Below, piece by piece: positions 1 to 13,910 of a DNA stretch of 64,000 bases. Source of the stretch: Eledone cirrhosa (lineage: Eukaryota); assembly GCA_964016885.1 (NCBI GenBank), contig OZ024743.1, positions 5,146,001-5,210,000 of the forward strand, in the 5' to 3' direction. The notes under the pieces are model-generated. The model made no database searches, was not told the origin of the DNA, and worked only from the letters and a program-made list of their open reading frames with translations. The stretch's first letter is position 1. Every line of letters begins with the position of its first letter. The translations under genes and the position numbers were made by a program.

Positions 1-296
1 TCTCAACAGGAATTCCGTCCGACAATGAAGAGAAGACCCTTAGCTAGAAACGCACATGGGACCCAGCAAGGGAGATAACCTCTACATTAGCGAAAAATGT
101 CGGTGATGTGCAAATCACGTAAGGATACAAAATATCACATATCGAATCAGAGTGCTCAACAGACGTGTTAAAATAAACAGGAGCTATTCATCAGTCAATA
201 AAAATGACAAAAAATAATCAATAAAATTAACTGGTATAGATAAATATAGTAGAATAATCGAGAATATAGTAGAATAATCGAGAATCGGAAAAACAG

Positions 297-343
<47 letters not shown>

Positions 344-402
344 AGATCAAAAGATGGTTAAAAGAGTTCGATGTATTTTATTATGCGCATTTCAAAAACA
401 AA

Positions 403-851
403 TATCATCATGCAATAACATTTGCGTTTTTGTCAGATAAAATAGGGAGACATGATATGAAGGTTAAAACACACTTGTGAATAGTGCAGTTTTAAATCAA
501 CATATGAAAAGTAGTTTTAGATTGCTACTTATCCGATATCTGCATTGCTTTATTGTACTACAATAAAACTCACCTCCTACATATATATATATGTAGGAGG
601 TGAGTTTTATTGTAGCAGGAGGTGAGTTTGTACTACAATAAAACTCACCTCCTACATATATATATATATATATGTAGGAGGTGAGTTTTATTGTAGTACA
701 ATAAAGCAATGCAGATATCGGATAAGTAGCAATCTAAAACTACTTTTCATATGTTGATTTAAAACTGCACTATTCACAAGTGTGTTTTAACCTTCATATC
801 ATGTCTCCCTATTTTATCTGACGAAAACGCAAATGTTATTGCATGATGATA
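403..851. repeat. Long inverted repeat (~180-bp arms) with nested smaller palindromes centred on short (TA)n tracts
   Basis: 403-~581 (tatcatcatgcaataaca...cacctcctaca) is the reverse complement of ~673-851. I found one mismatch (tttttgtcaga vs tctgacgaaaa). The spacer holds extra inverted copies of the arm end (tgtaggaggtgagttttattgtag / ctacaataaaactcacctcctaca). Confidence 0.95.
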
Positions 852-1079
852 AAATTTTTGTCTTGACTTTTTTTTAATTGAGTTTGAATTATTTTCCTAT
901 ATCTTACGTTAAATATTTTCCATCTTGACGTTATAGTCACTTATATATTATGAAATACTGTTGGCTTCTTGCTCACATTAATTTCTCTATTTTCATTTAT
1001 ATATAAATATATATATATATTGTTATACTTTGGGAGGGTCATGTTGCCATTTCCTATATATATAGGAAATATTTCTCAC

Positions 1080-1123
<44 letters not shown>

Positions 1124-1130
<7 letters not shown>

Positions 1131-1318
1131 TGAGATTCTACAGGACTAGAACTGTTTCATTCATTAGAAATCATCAGGAATCTCAGATTCCTGATGATTT
1201 CTAATGAATGAAACAGTTCTAGTCCTGTAGAATCTCATCTATATTAAAACTGTTATACTCTGCTATGTATTGAGTACCTTACTTACTGTGGTTACCTCCG
1301 ATTCAACCCGGAATAACG

Positions 1319-1320
<2 letters not shown>
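1124..1320 (+). mobile_element. (TA)n-flanked foldback element: 60-bp perfect inverted arms (1124-1244) plus ~75-bp unique tail; putative Penelope-like pLTR remnant
   Basis: Perfect palindrome centred on 1184, (TA)n on both sides (~1096-1128, 1319-1347), contains a hammerhead-like motif. The palindrome is seen directly; the PLE assignment is inferred from known pLTR features (hammerhead, inverted truncated end, microsatellite insertion). Confidence 0.6.
1185..1235 (+). ncRNA. Type I hammerhead ribozyme-like motif (mirrored on - strand at 1183-1133)
   Basis: Stem I AGATTC(1185-90)/GAATCT(1230-35); core CTGATGA(1191-97); stem II TTC/GAA with TAAT loop and a non-canonical U-U closing pair; GAAA(1210-13); stem III ACAG/CTGT with 8-nt loop; GUA triplet with predicted cut after 1229. 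Confidence 0.6.
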
Positions 1321-1350
<30 letters not shown>

Positions 1351-1837
1351 CGTATTGTCAGACGTGAAAAAAAGTACTCAATACTGAAGCAATACTGAAG
1401 CAGATTTTAAATATTCAGTGGTGAAACTCTGGTAGGACCATGTGAGAAAAAAGTAAAGCTGAGAGCTAAGAGCAAATTCCGTTGCCAGTAGTAAAATAGA
1501 GTAGCTCCTGTATGGTTGATGGGGTTACAGTTGTATCTGCTTTTGTGTGGTGACTTTATTGCATTGAAGGCTCAGGGAGGAAGGTGTGCTATAGTGTGGG
1601 CAAAAAGAAACTGGATTTTCTCTCGACGCATAAATGCTGCTCGGCAGCATTACAGGGAGTGATATTGTGGGAAGTTCCCGAAATTCATGTGAAGTCCAGT
1701 CAAAAACTTGTGAAAGGAATGTCCCACAGCAAAAACTCCAAGTAAAATATACATATTTGCAAACACAACAGCATAATACGCACTAGTGCGAGCAACGAAA
1801 GTAAAAACATATTAGAATTTATATAGACACGATGCGA

Positions 1838-1915
<78 letters not shown>

Positions 1916-1927
1916 GTGGTGATGATG
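1838..1927. repeat. (ATG)n microsatellite
   Basis: About 30 ATG units seen directly; source of the poly-His pseudo-ORF. Confidence 0.98.
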
Positions 1928-2307
1928 TTTCAACGATTAGCATTCATTTATTAGATCAGATGACGTACCTATTTATTAGATTAACTTGCAAGTGGTTGAG
2001 TATTCCGCAGACATCTGTACGCTTAACGTAATTTACGGATTAAAGGAACGTCACACGTTTCTAATACAGAGACAATCGATCCGATGAGATTCTTTCCAAA
2101 CACACTCTGTCTACCCAATTCCCCTTCATTGAGGGCGCTTGTCTAAGAGATTGGAGTTGAACCTCTGACTTCATGGTCGAGAAATGCATTTCTTAACCAC
2201 GTGAAAATGATTTCAAATATACATGTAGACACGCATTTACATATATATTATCTTATTCTTTCACCCATTTATTGTTTCAGTAATTAGACTACTGCCATAC
2301 TGGAGCA

Positions 2308-2515
2308 CAGTGCCAGATTTAGGACAAATGAGGCCCTGTGCTAGTTAATTTATGAGGGCTCTTACTTGGGCCCTGAAGGAGGTATTTCTTCGTAAAAAAT
2401 TTTTTGGCAGAAAGATATCCCCCACCACCACCACCACCACCACCACCACCACCACCCCCGTCCAACGGAGCCCGGTGCTTAAGCACACCTAAGCACAATG
2501 GTAAATCCGGCACTA
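2308..2515. mobile_element. hAT-type MITE family A, inserted into a SINE fragment
   Basis: TIRs CAGTGCCAGATTTA / TAAATCCGGCACTA; 8-bp TSD-like ctggagca / ctggtaca; homologous to 2785-2964 and 17533-17672. Flanks (ttgtttcagtaattagact...tttagtcgagcgatctgactccagg) join into a SINE-like sequence. Confidence 0.8.
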
Positions 2516-2602
2516 CTGGTACACCACTGTCAAGGGTTTAGTCGAGCGATCTGACTCCAGGAACGACATAAAAGGTGACCCCCCCCCCGTTTAACCAATA
2601 TA

Positions 2603-2645
2603 AACACACACTCACACACACTCACAATATAAACATACACACACT

Positions 2646-2676
<31 letters not shown>

Positions 2677-3897
2677 ACACTCACACACACACTCACACAC
2701 AATATAAACATACACACACTCACACACACACAAATAAATAATCATACATGCACGTACACGTACAGAGACATGCATACATATACACAGTGTCGGATTTACA
2801 ATTGTGCTTAGGTGTTGTTAAGCATAGAGCCCCGTTGGCCAGGGATGGGGGGGGGGGTCTTCCTGTCAAAAGTTTATTTTACTGGGCCTGCCTTCTTCAA
2901 GGCCCAAGTAAAGGTCTCATAACTTAACTAGCACAGGGCCTCATTTGTCCTAAAACCACCACTGTACATACATGCACACATACATGCACACATACATGCA
3001 CACATACATGCACACATACATGCACACATACATGCACACATACATGCACACATACATGCACACATACATGCAAGCAGGCACACACAATGATGCAGACCCA
3101 GTTTCCGTCTACCAAATTCCACTTACAAAATATTTGGATCGAGCCGAAACTACGGCGGAGGAGAATTGTCCAAAGATGGAATCCGGAAACATGTGGTTGT
3201 GAATCGAAACTCCCCGTGTTTGAACATGTGTGTACGCGCGTGCACGTGTGTATGTGTGCGCGTGTGTGTGTGCGCGCGCACGTCTGTATGTGTGCGCGCG
3301 CGTGTGTGTGTGTGTGTGTGTGTGTGTACGCACGCGTGTAAAACAGGTATATCCTCAACTCTCGTATACGTTAGTCATGCATAATAGTATAAACAAAACA
3401 CACACAAGCACATATACACGTACACACATACACACACACACACACGCATACATACACACACACACATATACATACACACGCTACACGGAACAAACACGCG
3501 AACACACGACAGCCAACAACTTCCAGCGAACACTTACATACACAAACATATACATACATACATATACACACATACACAGATATACAGACACACATTCACA
3601 TACACACACATGCACACATACCCCCCCCACCCCCCCACCCACATACACACGCTACACGGAACAAACACGCGAACACACGGCAGCAAACAACTTCCAGTGA
3701 ACAACATACACACACATACACATACACATACACACACACTCTCTTGCACACACACACTCATGCACACACACACTCATGCACACATACGCACACTCTTACA
3801 TACATACACACACTCTTACACACACTACACAGAACAAACACACGAACACACGGCAGCTAACAACACGAACACATGTATATATATGTGTGTGTATATG

Positions 3898-3935
<38 letters not shown>

Positions 3936-4622
3936 CACACATACACACACACATATACACACATACATACACACACATACTCACACGCATGCACACATAC
4001 ACACATACACACACACACACACACATACGCACACACCCAAACACACGTATTCCAAAAGGCATGCGAGCGAACACACGAACATAGCAAAAGTCTAAGTTAA
4101 TACAAATAAACACAAAAATGTATGTGTGTGTGTCCGTATGTAAACATGCGTGCGTGTGTTTTCCGTGTGTTTGCGTACGTATGTGTTCTCTGCGCAAGCA
4201 CAGACAAACTCAATTAGAACTAATATAAAGTTTGTTTTGTTTTGTGAACATGAGGAGGGGGAGATGAAGTTTCATGTAATATGTTAACTTATCCACGCAC
4301 CGGGGCCCCAGTGTGTGTGTGTGTGTGTGAGAGTGCGTGTGTATGTACGCGAGTGTGTATGTGCGTGTGTGCGCATGAATGTATGTGTGCATGTGTGAGT
4401 GTATGCATGTGCATGTATTTGTTTTGTATTAGTAAGTGGATGTGTCAGTGTGTGTGTACATGTGTGTATGCGTGTGTGTACGTGCATCTGTATGCGTGTA
4501 TGTGTGTGTGAATGTGTGTACGTGACTGTGACTGTGAGTGTGTGTGTGTGAGTGAATTTGTCAGTGTGTGTGTGTGTGTGCGTGTGCGTGTATGTTTGTC
4601 TATATATATATATATATGTGTG
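2603..4622. repeat. Compound CA/TG-rich low-complexity region, including a 12-bp (TACATGCACACA)n array at ~2965-3070 and a ~55-bp block repeated at ~3475, ~3645 and (degenerate) ~3825
   Basis: Seen directly; explains the HTHT/CVCV ORFs. Confidence 0.9.
2785..2964. mobile_element. hAT-type MITE family A, opposite orientation to the 2308 copy
   Basis: CAGTGTCGGATTTA...TAAAACCACCACTG; interior is the reverse-complement homologue of 2308-2515. Confidence 0.8.
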
Positions 4623-5194
4623 TGAAGAATCACTACCAATAGTACTATCACCATCGCCACCATTCAGCGTTAATTAATCCCAACAAGCAACCAATGAAAA
4701 GACCGGATATCGCCAGAACTTATTATATAGAAAGAGATAAAGTAAGACTTGAGAAGAGAAAGAGAGGGAGGAGAATAAAGTGACGTATGCAAAGGAGGCG
4801 GTCGGTGTGTGAAGGGGGCGGCACACGGCACACGACACACGTCTCTAGCTAGATTTTATTTAGTTGTTTGTATTTACTATCTATATACTATTTATTTAGT
4901 GTATGTATATTGTGTGTGTATGTGTGTATGTGTGTATATGTGAGTGTGTGTGTGTGTGTGTTTCTTGTTTTTTTTAGCTTTTGTTTTTATGTACGTTCTT
5001 TTTGTTTTGTTTTGTTACTTTCTATCTTTACTTTTTTGTGTGTGAAAGGAAAGAAAAGAGAAGATATAGTGAAGGAAGAGGGGGTTCTCTGACATGCTCG
5101 CTCACTCTCTCTTTCTCTCACTCTCTCTTTCTCTCTTTCTTCTTTCTCTCTCTCTCTCTTCCCCTTCCTCCCATTCTTATACACGATCACTTTT

Positions 5195-5545
5195 ACTACT
5201 ACTACTACTACTACTATTACTACTACTATTACTACTGCTGCTGCTGTTGCTGTTTGTTGCTTTTTCCCCTCACTACAGCTCTTTCTTCCTTGCTTCGCTC
5301 TCCCTTTCCTTCTTTCATTTACTGTGCCTGCTTCTTCACCTCCTCCCTCTTTGCTTTGCCCTCCTCTCGCCTATCTTTATTTGTTTTTACTATATTTCTT
5401 ACTCATTTTTTCATTACTTTTTTCTCTCTCTTGTTTTTAGCTACTACTACTACAATCACTATGATTCCTACTACTACTACAACTACTACTACAACTACTA
5501 CAACTACTACTACAACTACTACTACTACTACTACTACTACAACTA
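5195..5545. repeat. (CTA)n/(CTG)n trinucleotide tracts and pyrimidine-rich low-complexity sequence
   Basis: Seen directly at 5195-5250 and 5441-5545. Confidence 0.9.
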
Positions 5546-5574
5546 ACAGCGCTGCTACTGCTACATGAAAAATC

Positions 5575-5760
5575 CCTCATCGTCGTCATCACCATCATCA
5601 CAAATTTCGTCGGCCGACTGTCGGGAAGGTTAAAGTAGGCACACGCGCCTAGGGACCAGCACACGTACTCACGCACGCTTCGACGACGGACGTACGGCAA
5701 CACGCATGCAGTGCGTCTATTACCTGTCCGGTCTTACTTTCAATCATTTGAACACGCGGC
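5575..5760 (+). promoter_or_regulatory. CpG-rich patch upstream of Hey; candidate promoter/5' UTR exon with class C site CACGCG (5642-5647)
   Basis: Dense CpGs in an AT-rich background ~1.2 kb upstream of the Hey ATG. CACGCG is an established Hes/Hey binding hexamer. Function is inferred. Confidence 0.35.
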
Positions 5761-6166
5761 ATTTTTTTTAACTTGTCTTCTTTCCGACTACCTTACATAC
5801 GTAGTATTATAACCTACCTGTCTTGTCTGCCTGTTTTACAAAGATTTAGAAACGAAACTTTAACAAACAATAATACCAACAACGATTTTAAAGAAAATAT
5901 TTCTAAGAACAAGAGTTTGTAAACATCAACAACGATGACGATATCAACAACACTATAATACTTTTTTTTATAAGTAGTGTATTATCGCCATTATTATGAT
6001 TTTTGCTGATATCATCATTATTTATCATTATTAATAATAAATAACGAAAATATTATAATCACTGGAGATAGAGAAAAACAATTTACAAACAAACTAACAA
6101 TATTTATAACAACAACAATATCTTCATATTTCAGCTGTTCGTTCAAGTTGAATTCTGGTATTTAAA

Positions 6167-6223
<57 letters not shown>

Positions 6224-6363
6224 TTGTTTCGATATATACACTTGTTTCGATGAATTATTGTTTTAGTTGTTGTTGAAGCAATCTCAAACCCCAAGCAACA
6301 TCAACACCGATGATAACTGAGAATATATATATATATATATATATTCTATATAACTGAGAATAT

Positions 6364-6428
<65 letters not shown>

Positions 6429-6892
6429 GACATATGTACATGTGGAATCCCCAAAAGTGAAAGTTCTCGAAAGAAAAGAAATACACACTCCAATCACACA
6501 TACATATACACACCTCTTTTTTTCAATAACATTAACAATAACAACTACAATAATAATAATCCAAACATTTATCTTCCTGTCTTCCCGTTTCCTTGTTATA
6601 TTCCATACAACTCTCACAGATAAAGTTGAAGATCATTCACTTAGATATTTCTCCGAGATACCCGTTATTATTAAATATTTCTCTTCTTTGCGATGAACAT
6701 TATCGGATAATTTTATACGAACGTATACCAACATTCAAATACGAACGTATACCAACAAAGAAAAGAATTAAGCATTTACGATAATTTTTATCTGTCTTAT
6801 CCTCACCTGGATCACGAACTTTGGCACAAAGTTGCTAGAATTACCACACCTCTTTCAGGTTTCCCACCCAACCATTCAAGCTGTATTACACA

Positions 6893-6954
6893 ATGAAAAG
6901 AAGTTTGAGTGAATCGGAGCAGGATGACGTCTTTGACGACCGAATCAAATCTGG
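6893..6954 (+). CDS. HEY: Hey (Hairy/E(spl)-related with YRPW motif), first coding exon: MKRSLSESEQDDVFDDRIKS(G)
   Basis: ATG at 6893; MKR plus acidic/Ser N-terminus as in Hey proteins; strong donor G|GTAAGT after 6954 (phase 2); possible upstream acceptor ctttcag at 6858. Confidence 0.75.
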
Positions 6955-7314
6955 GTAAGTAGAAAAACAAGCAACAACACCAACACACATACACATATGC
7001 ATACATACCAACATACATACATACATACGTACGTACGTACGTACATACATACATACATACGTACACACTCGCGTGCCGGCATCTATACACTTATAACTAT
7101 ACATAGAGTACCGGATTCGGTTAGTGCGGGGTCTGTAGCATATTCTATAAAAGGGCCCTAAATTATTTTTAAAATATAAGATAAAAGTTAAAGGTATTCT
7201 TAGCGCAGGGAATCCGGAAATTGCGGGGCCCATAGCAAATACTACTTTTGCTATTGTTAGATTAATCAGGTAGTGTATACATATGTTTATATAGGTATAT
7301 GTCATATAAATGAT

Positions 7315-7376
<62 letters not shown>

Positions 7377-7633
7377 ATGCATGCGTATATAGTGGTATAG
7401 GAAATACTCGAAAACACACAATTAAATATGAACACCATTATATGGAGTTGCGATCTTGTATGTCAACAAGAGAACTTCATCCATCGCTAAGTAAACACTG
7501 GGAGGCGAACATTATCGACTAGAATCCATAAACCCTTCACTGTGAAGTCCCAACATGTCTGTATACCAATGACAAAAACCGGTAGGAAAAATAACAATAT
7601 GTGTAATGTGTATATATGTGTGTGTGCGTGTGT

Positions 7634-9224
<1,591 letters not shown>

Positions 9225-9310
9225 GCATGCTGAACAGTTCTTTGCATATGTTATACAATGTATGATATAAGTAAATATACATGAATATGATCCGAGTGAT
9301 GTAAAAACCA

Positions 9311-9783
9311 GTCTCCATGTATCATAGCCTGTCTCCATGTGTCATAGCCTGTCTCCGTGTATCATAGCCTGTCTCCGTGTATCATAGCCTGTCTCCGTGT
9401 ATCATAGCCTGTCTCCGTGTATCATAGCCTGTCTCCGTGTATCATAGCCTGTCTCCGTGTATCATAGCCTGTCTCCATGTGTCATAGCCTGTCTCCATGT
9501 GTCATAGCCTGTCTCCATGTGTCATAGCCTGTCTCCGTGTATCATAGCCTGTCTCCGTGTATCATAGCCTGTCTCCGTGTATCATAGCCTGTCTCCGTGT
9601 ATCATAGCCTGTCTCCGTGTATCATAGCCTGTCTCCGTGTATCATAGCCTGTCTCCGTGTATCATAGCCTGTCTCCGTGTATCATAGCCTGTCTCCATGT
9701 GTCATAGCCTGTCTCCGTGTATCATAGCCTGTCTCCGTGTATCATAGCCTGTCTCCGTGTATCATAGCCTGTCTCCGTGTATC
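9311..9783. repeat. 20-bp minisatellite (GTCTCCGTGTATCATAGCCT), ~23.6 copies
   Basis: Exact 20-bp period, with a variant unit GTCTCCATGTGTCATAGCCT. Confidence 0.98.
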
Positions 9784-9988
9784 GAATGGCAAGAGTGACA
9801 ACTGGTATGGGATTATTGTTGTAAGTCCTTGCTTCTTATACATACAGATAGAGACGAGAAAAGTCTGCTGGTGAATGGCCGGCCATATAGCATCAAAAAA
9901 ACGGTATCCGGTGGGTCGCGTGCACCCGAAGCCCTGCATAGTGTGGGTATATTACGTATGCACATGTAGGCATTCTAGGCCGCCATAC

Positions 9989-10188
9989 NNNNNNNNNNNN
10001 NNNNNNNNNNNNNNNNNNNNNNNNNNNNNNNNNNNNNNNNNNNNNNNNNNNNNNNNNNNNNNNNNNNNNNNNNNNNNNNNNNNNNNNNNNNNNNNNNNNN
10101 NNNNNNNNNNNNNNNNNNNNNNNNNNNNNNNNNNNNNNNNNNNNNNNNNNNNNNNNNNNNNNNNNNNNNNNNNNNNNNNNNNNNNNNN
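9989..10188. other. Assembly gap (200 N)
   Basis: Run of N of round length, probably a scaffolding placeholder of unknown true size. Confidence 0.99.
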
Positions 10189-11092
10189 GAGTTATTAACT
10201 TTCATGACTTTGCTTACTTCACCTATCACCTCGAATATATGACTCTTTGTGTAGCGGTATCTATATAAATACAAGCACACGTAAGCATGCACAAAGGCCC
10301 ACATACACATATACATACTCACTCAAAGACATGTACACACAAACATACACACACATATATATATACATATATTTATTTATATATATATATATATCATATA
10401 CAGCATCAAATAAATTTTGAGCGTTTATTCAAGAGTATCCGCATTCAATATTGTAACTATTTTATCTACCATGCACAATTGACAGCATTCCATGCCATCG
10501 ATATACGGTCTGCATTTTCGTAGATCTTCCATTTTGTTGTGTTCTAAGTTGTTTTCTTTTTATCGCAATATATGTTGCTGATGACTGCTATTTTTTGTGA
10601 CTAAAAGAAACAGTGTGGCTTTCTTATGTTAGTTTAAAATCTGTCTTTTGTAATTCCGACATAGCTATTTTTCGATTCTTGTTCGTGAAGTTAACTTTGG
10701 CTTCATATATCATTGACTTGGTTTTACAACATTGGTTCACTTGACATTAGGTACTCTTAAATTTTTCCTTCGGCGGGTCTAGATATTGGTTTATCTCTAA
10801 AAATAACTGATTTCTTTTTATAAGCCGCAGGTTTACATTCATTTGTATTGTTTTATTTGTATTCAGAAATTCGTTTCGTTTTGTCTTGTTTTCCTGAATA
10901 TGTGCGCGTGTTTGTGTTTGTGTGTTTGTGTGTGTATGTTTTATTTATACAATATGTATTTTGTGCTAATACATATAATATAAGTAACCGTTGTATTTAC
11001 TGAAATCGTTCTATTTTGTATTTGTATTCACATTATAAACACGTACATATCATTAAATAAAGAAATAACAATTATTATTATTGGTTTTTTAG

Positions 11093-11176
11093 ATTATTGA
11101 AAAACGTCGTCGAGACAGAATCAATAACAGTTTGTCAGAGTTGCGGCGCTTGGTACCAACAGCCTTTGAAAAACAG
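11093..11176 (+). CDS. HEY: Hey bHLH exon (basic/helix 1): [28 protein letters not shown]
   Basis: ttttag|ATT...CAG|gtcagt; 84 bp, phase 0-0; near-identical to the Hey-family bHLH. Confidence 0.97.
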
Positions 11177-11540
11177 GTCAGTATTTAAACTTTGTGGTGT
11201 CTTTATCTACAGTGCACTTCTGAACAGATTGCACGATTAAACAGTGTAGTGGTGGTGGTGATGGCGGTGAGGTTAACATAGTATGGATGATGGTGATTTG
11301 GTTAAATAGTAACAGTGGTAGTGATATTGGTGAAATTGTAATAATGGTGGTGATGATGGCGGCGGAGTTAACATTCATAGTATGGATGGTAATGGTGTTG
11401 GTATTGTTGTTGTTGGTGGTGGTGGGGGGGGGGGGGGGGGGTTGTAGCAACACTAAGTGTAGTTTTCTCACTAATACTAATCGATAATAGATGATGATTA
11501 ACCAACCAATAATTTCATCTTGCTTTCCTTTTCTATCCAG

Positions 11541-11613
11541 GGTTCTGCCAAACTCGAAAAAGCCGAAATTCTGCAGATGACAGTCGACCATTTAAAGGTG
11601 CTTCATCAAAAAG
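11541..11613 (+). CDS. HEY: Hey bHLH exon (loop/helix 2): [24 protein letters not shown](G)
   Basis: ttctatccag|GGT...AAAG|gtgcgt; 73 bp, phase 0-1; canonical [16 protein letters not shown]. Confidence 0.97.
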
Positions 11614-11630
11614 GTGCGTAATATATACAA

Positions 11631-11679
<49 letters not shown>

Positions 11680-12099
11680 CTCTCTGTCTCCGGGTCAACT
11701 GTTGCTGTTGTTTTGCCTCTAGATACTCCTGACTGAGCAAACATATCAAATATGTGGCAGTCGTGATCACTCTGTTTTGATGTAGGTGGCTCTATTTATC
11801 TATGACTACATTATGCTTTGTGTCCTACTATTTTAAGATGGTAAGATGTAATTTGTGGGTGATTTGGTTGCTATTCCTATAATAGGTCAAGTGGTTATAT
11901 AGTGACCCCCTCTATATGACATTTGATGTTGTTATTGGTGATGATCATGTTTGTTTATTAATAGCAAATTTATCGCCATCATACTGGCTGCTGGCCAATA
12001 TGCGATGTGTTTAATAAAATGGAATGAGCTGTTGCACATCAGATGAAATCTGCTCATCTTCTCTCTTTCTACCCTACTGCCATTCCACTCTCTTGAAAG

Positions 12100-12240
12100 G
12101 CCAGAATTTGGAGGTGGCAGATTAATTGATTAAATCAACCCCAGTACTTGACAGGTGCTTTATTTTATCAACCTTCGTAGGATAAATGTCAAGGTTGATT
12201 TCGTCGGAAATTTAACTCAAAACTTAAAGAGCCTGAACAT
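12100..12240 (-). mobile_element. Degenerate tRNA-derived SINE fragment in Hey last intron
   Basis: Reverse-complement similarity to 16691-16908 (cagtacttgacaggtgctttattttatcaacc...aaggttgatttcgtcggaaatttaactc). Confidence 0.65.
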
Positions 12241-12295
12241 AAAATGATGATAACTACAATAATAACAATAATAATAATTTCCTTTTTTATTGCAG

Positions 12296-13020
12296 GACTC
12301 AACAGTTACAATTACCCTGACCAACATGCTTTAGCTCTTGATTACCGAATTGTTGGCTTCCGCGAATGTGCCACGGAGGTAGCACGATATTTAGTGACGG
12401 TCGAAGGAATGGATATACAGGAACCATTGCGACTGCGTTTGTTGAGTCACTTACAGTGTTACTGTGCCCAACGAGAAGCAGCAGCGGCTACAAAAACACC
12501 CCACTGGTCTTCTGTAGGTACACACGCCACCATTAACAACCAATACAACGGATCCAATCACATGACATCAGTACCTAACATGATCGGTACGGCATCCACA
12601 CAACATACTGGTCAAAATGAACACCATTTGTCAACGATCAGCCCTAGCCATTCAGGACTTTCAGTGGCAACAAGTGCTGTACCTCCTTCATACAGCGAAG
12701 CTAGAGTCAGTCAACAAACAGAAGCATCAGTGCCTTCATCTAGTTCACTACACAGTCATATGCGACTACCAACTACAGCCCCTGGTGTTGCATCTGCTTC
12801 TCACCAGATGGCATCATTGAATACGTCCGCTCAAATGCAACAAATATCACCGTCCATGCTTCCAACCATGTCTCAGATCAGCCAGTTTCCAGTGTCCTTA
12901 AACTCTTCCATGATGTCTCCGAACAATCACACGTATGGTGGTGGAAACGGAGTTGGGATCAACCAACACGGGCCTGCTGTAAAACCATATCGGCCATGGG
13001 GAACTGAATTGGCTTATTGA
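12296..13020 (+). CDS. HEY: Hey terminal exon: Orange domain (DYRIVGFRECATEVARYL...PLRLRLLSHL), S/H/T-rich tail, C-terminal YRPWGTELAY*
   Basis: ttttattgcag|GA CTC completes the Gly codon in frame with the previous exon. Orange domain and YRPW-GTE motif are diagnostic of Hey. Stop TGA 13018-13020. Confidence 0.97.
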
Positions 13021-13764
13021 CTATAGAACAGTAATAATAGTTTTGTTTTTGTTGTTGTTTTTTTTTCTAATATAGAAAGCAGAGAGTGGTTTAAAAAGTA
13101 GAGCTTAATCGTATGACTAAAAGTATTCCAGTATTTAACTTTAATTTTGATCCATCGTTCTGGAGCTACATATAAGTACCAGTCAATCAAGTGGAATTGG
13201 TTCAGTTGAATATATTCAATTTACAAAAAAAATTAGCCTTGAGTTTTTTTTTCTTTTCATTTCTTTAAATAATTAAAATAACTACGTCATTTATCTCAGA
13301 ATATATATATATAATGGCCATGATTTAAAACCTATATAATGGCAGTGTCATTGAACCTAGTTTTATTGCTCCTGATATACTACTAAGTTCAACAAAATTG
13401 AAATATAAATAAGACCAAATATAATATATGAAAACAAGAAGCAAACAAGCCTTTTTATGTTTTGCTTAGCTTAAAAGATTTCCAGTTTCAGAAAATATAA
13501 TGTTTGTACTATCTGGCTCTTCCTTAAATTCAGATTATTTCGTTTTAGAGGCGGTTCTTTCGTCCACTCTCATTTTCTTTTTCTTTTTTTTATAATAAAT
13601 ATGTGGACAATATTTTTAATATACGCCTACAACCTTAACTCCTGGTGGATTGTGTTTTGGACATTTCAAACTTGGTGTGTTTGGCATTCCAAACCTGGTG
13701 AAGCCTACCCCTCCTCAGGTAGAATCACAGCCCATTTCTTCCAGAGAGAGAGAAAGAATCTATC

Positions 13765-13910
13765 CCTGTACTAGACTGGTACTTCATTTATCGACTTCGA
13801 AAGGATGAAAACCAAAGTTGACACCGCCGGTAATTGAGTTCAGAACGTAGTTATCTGGAACACTGAGGCATTTTAAATCTGACGTCCATTACAACTCTGC
13901 CAACTCCCTG
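13765..13910 (-). mobile_element. tRNA-derived SINE fragment
   Basis: gactggtacttcatttatcgacttcgaaaggatgaaa...gttgacaccgccgg matches the reverse complement of the 16691 SINE. Confidence 0.7.

Noticed and set aside
1700-5703. Poly-His, poly-Gly, HTHT/CVCV, poly-Tyr/Thr ORFs
   Set aside because: Simple-repeat translations without splice or domain support.
9784-9988. GC-richer unique sequence before the gap as a possible Hey exon 2
   Set aside because: No frame gives the RKKRRG-type basic motif followed by a phase-0 donor.
12244-12295. ORF-track N-terminus MMITTIITIIIISFFIA of the 258-aa ORF
   Set aside because: Intronic read-through; the real acceptor is at 12295 and joins the bHLH exons.
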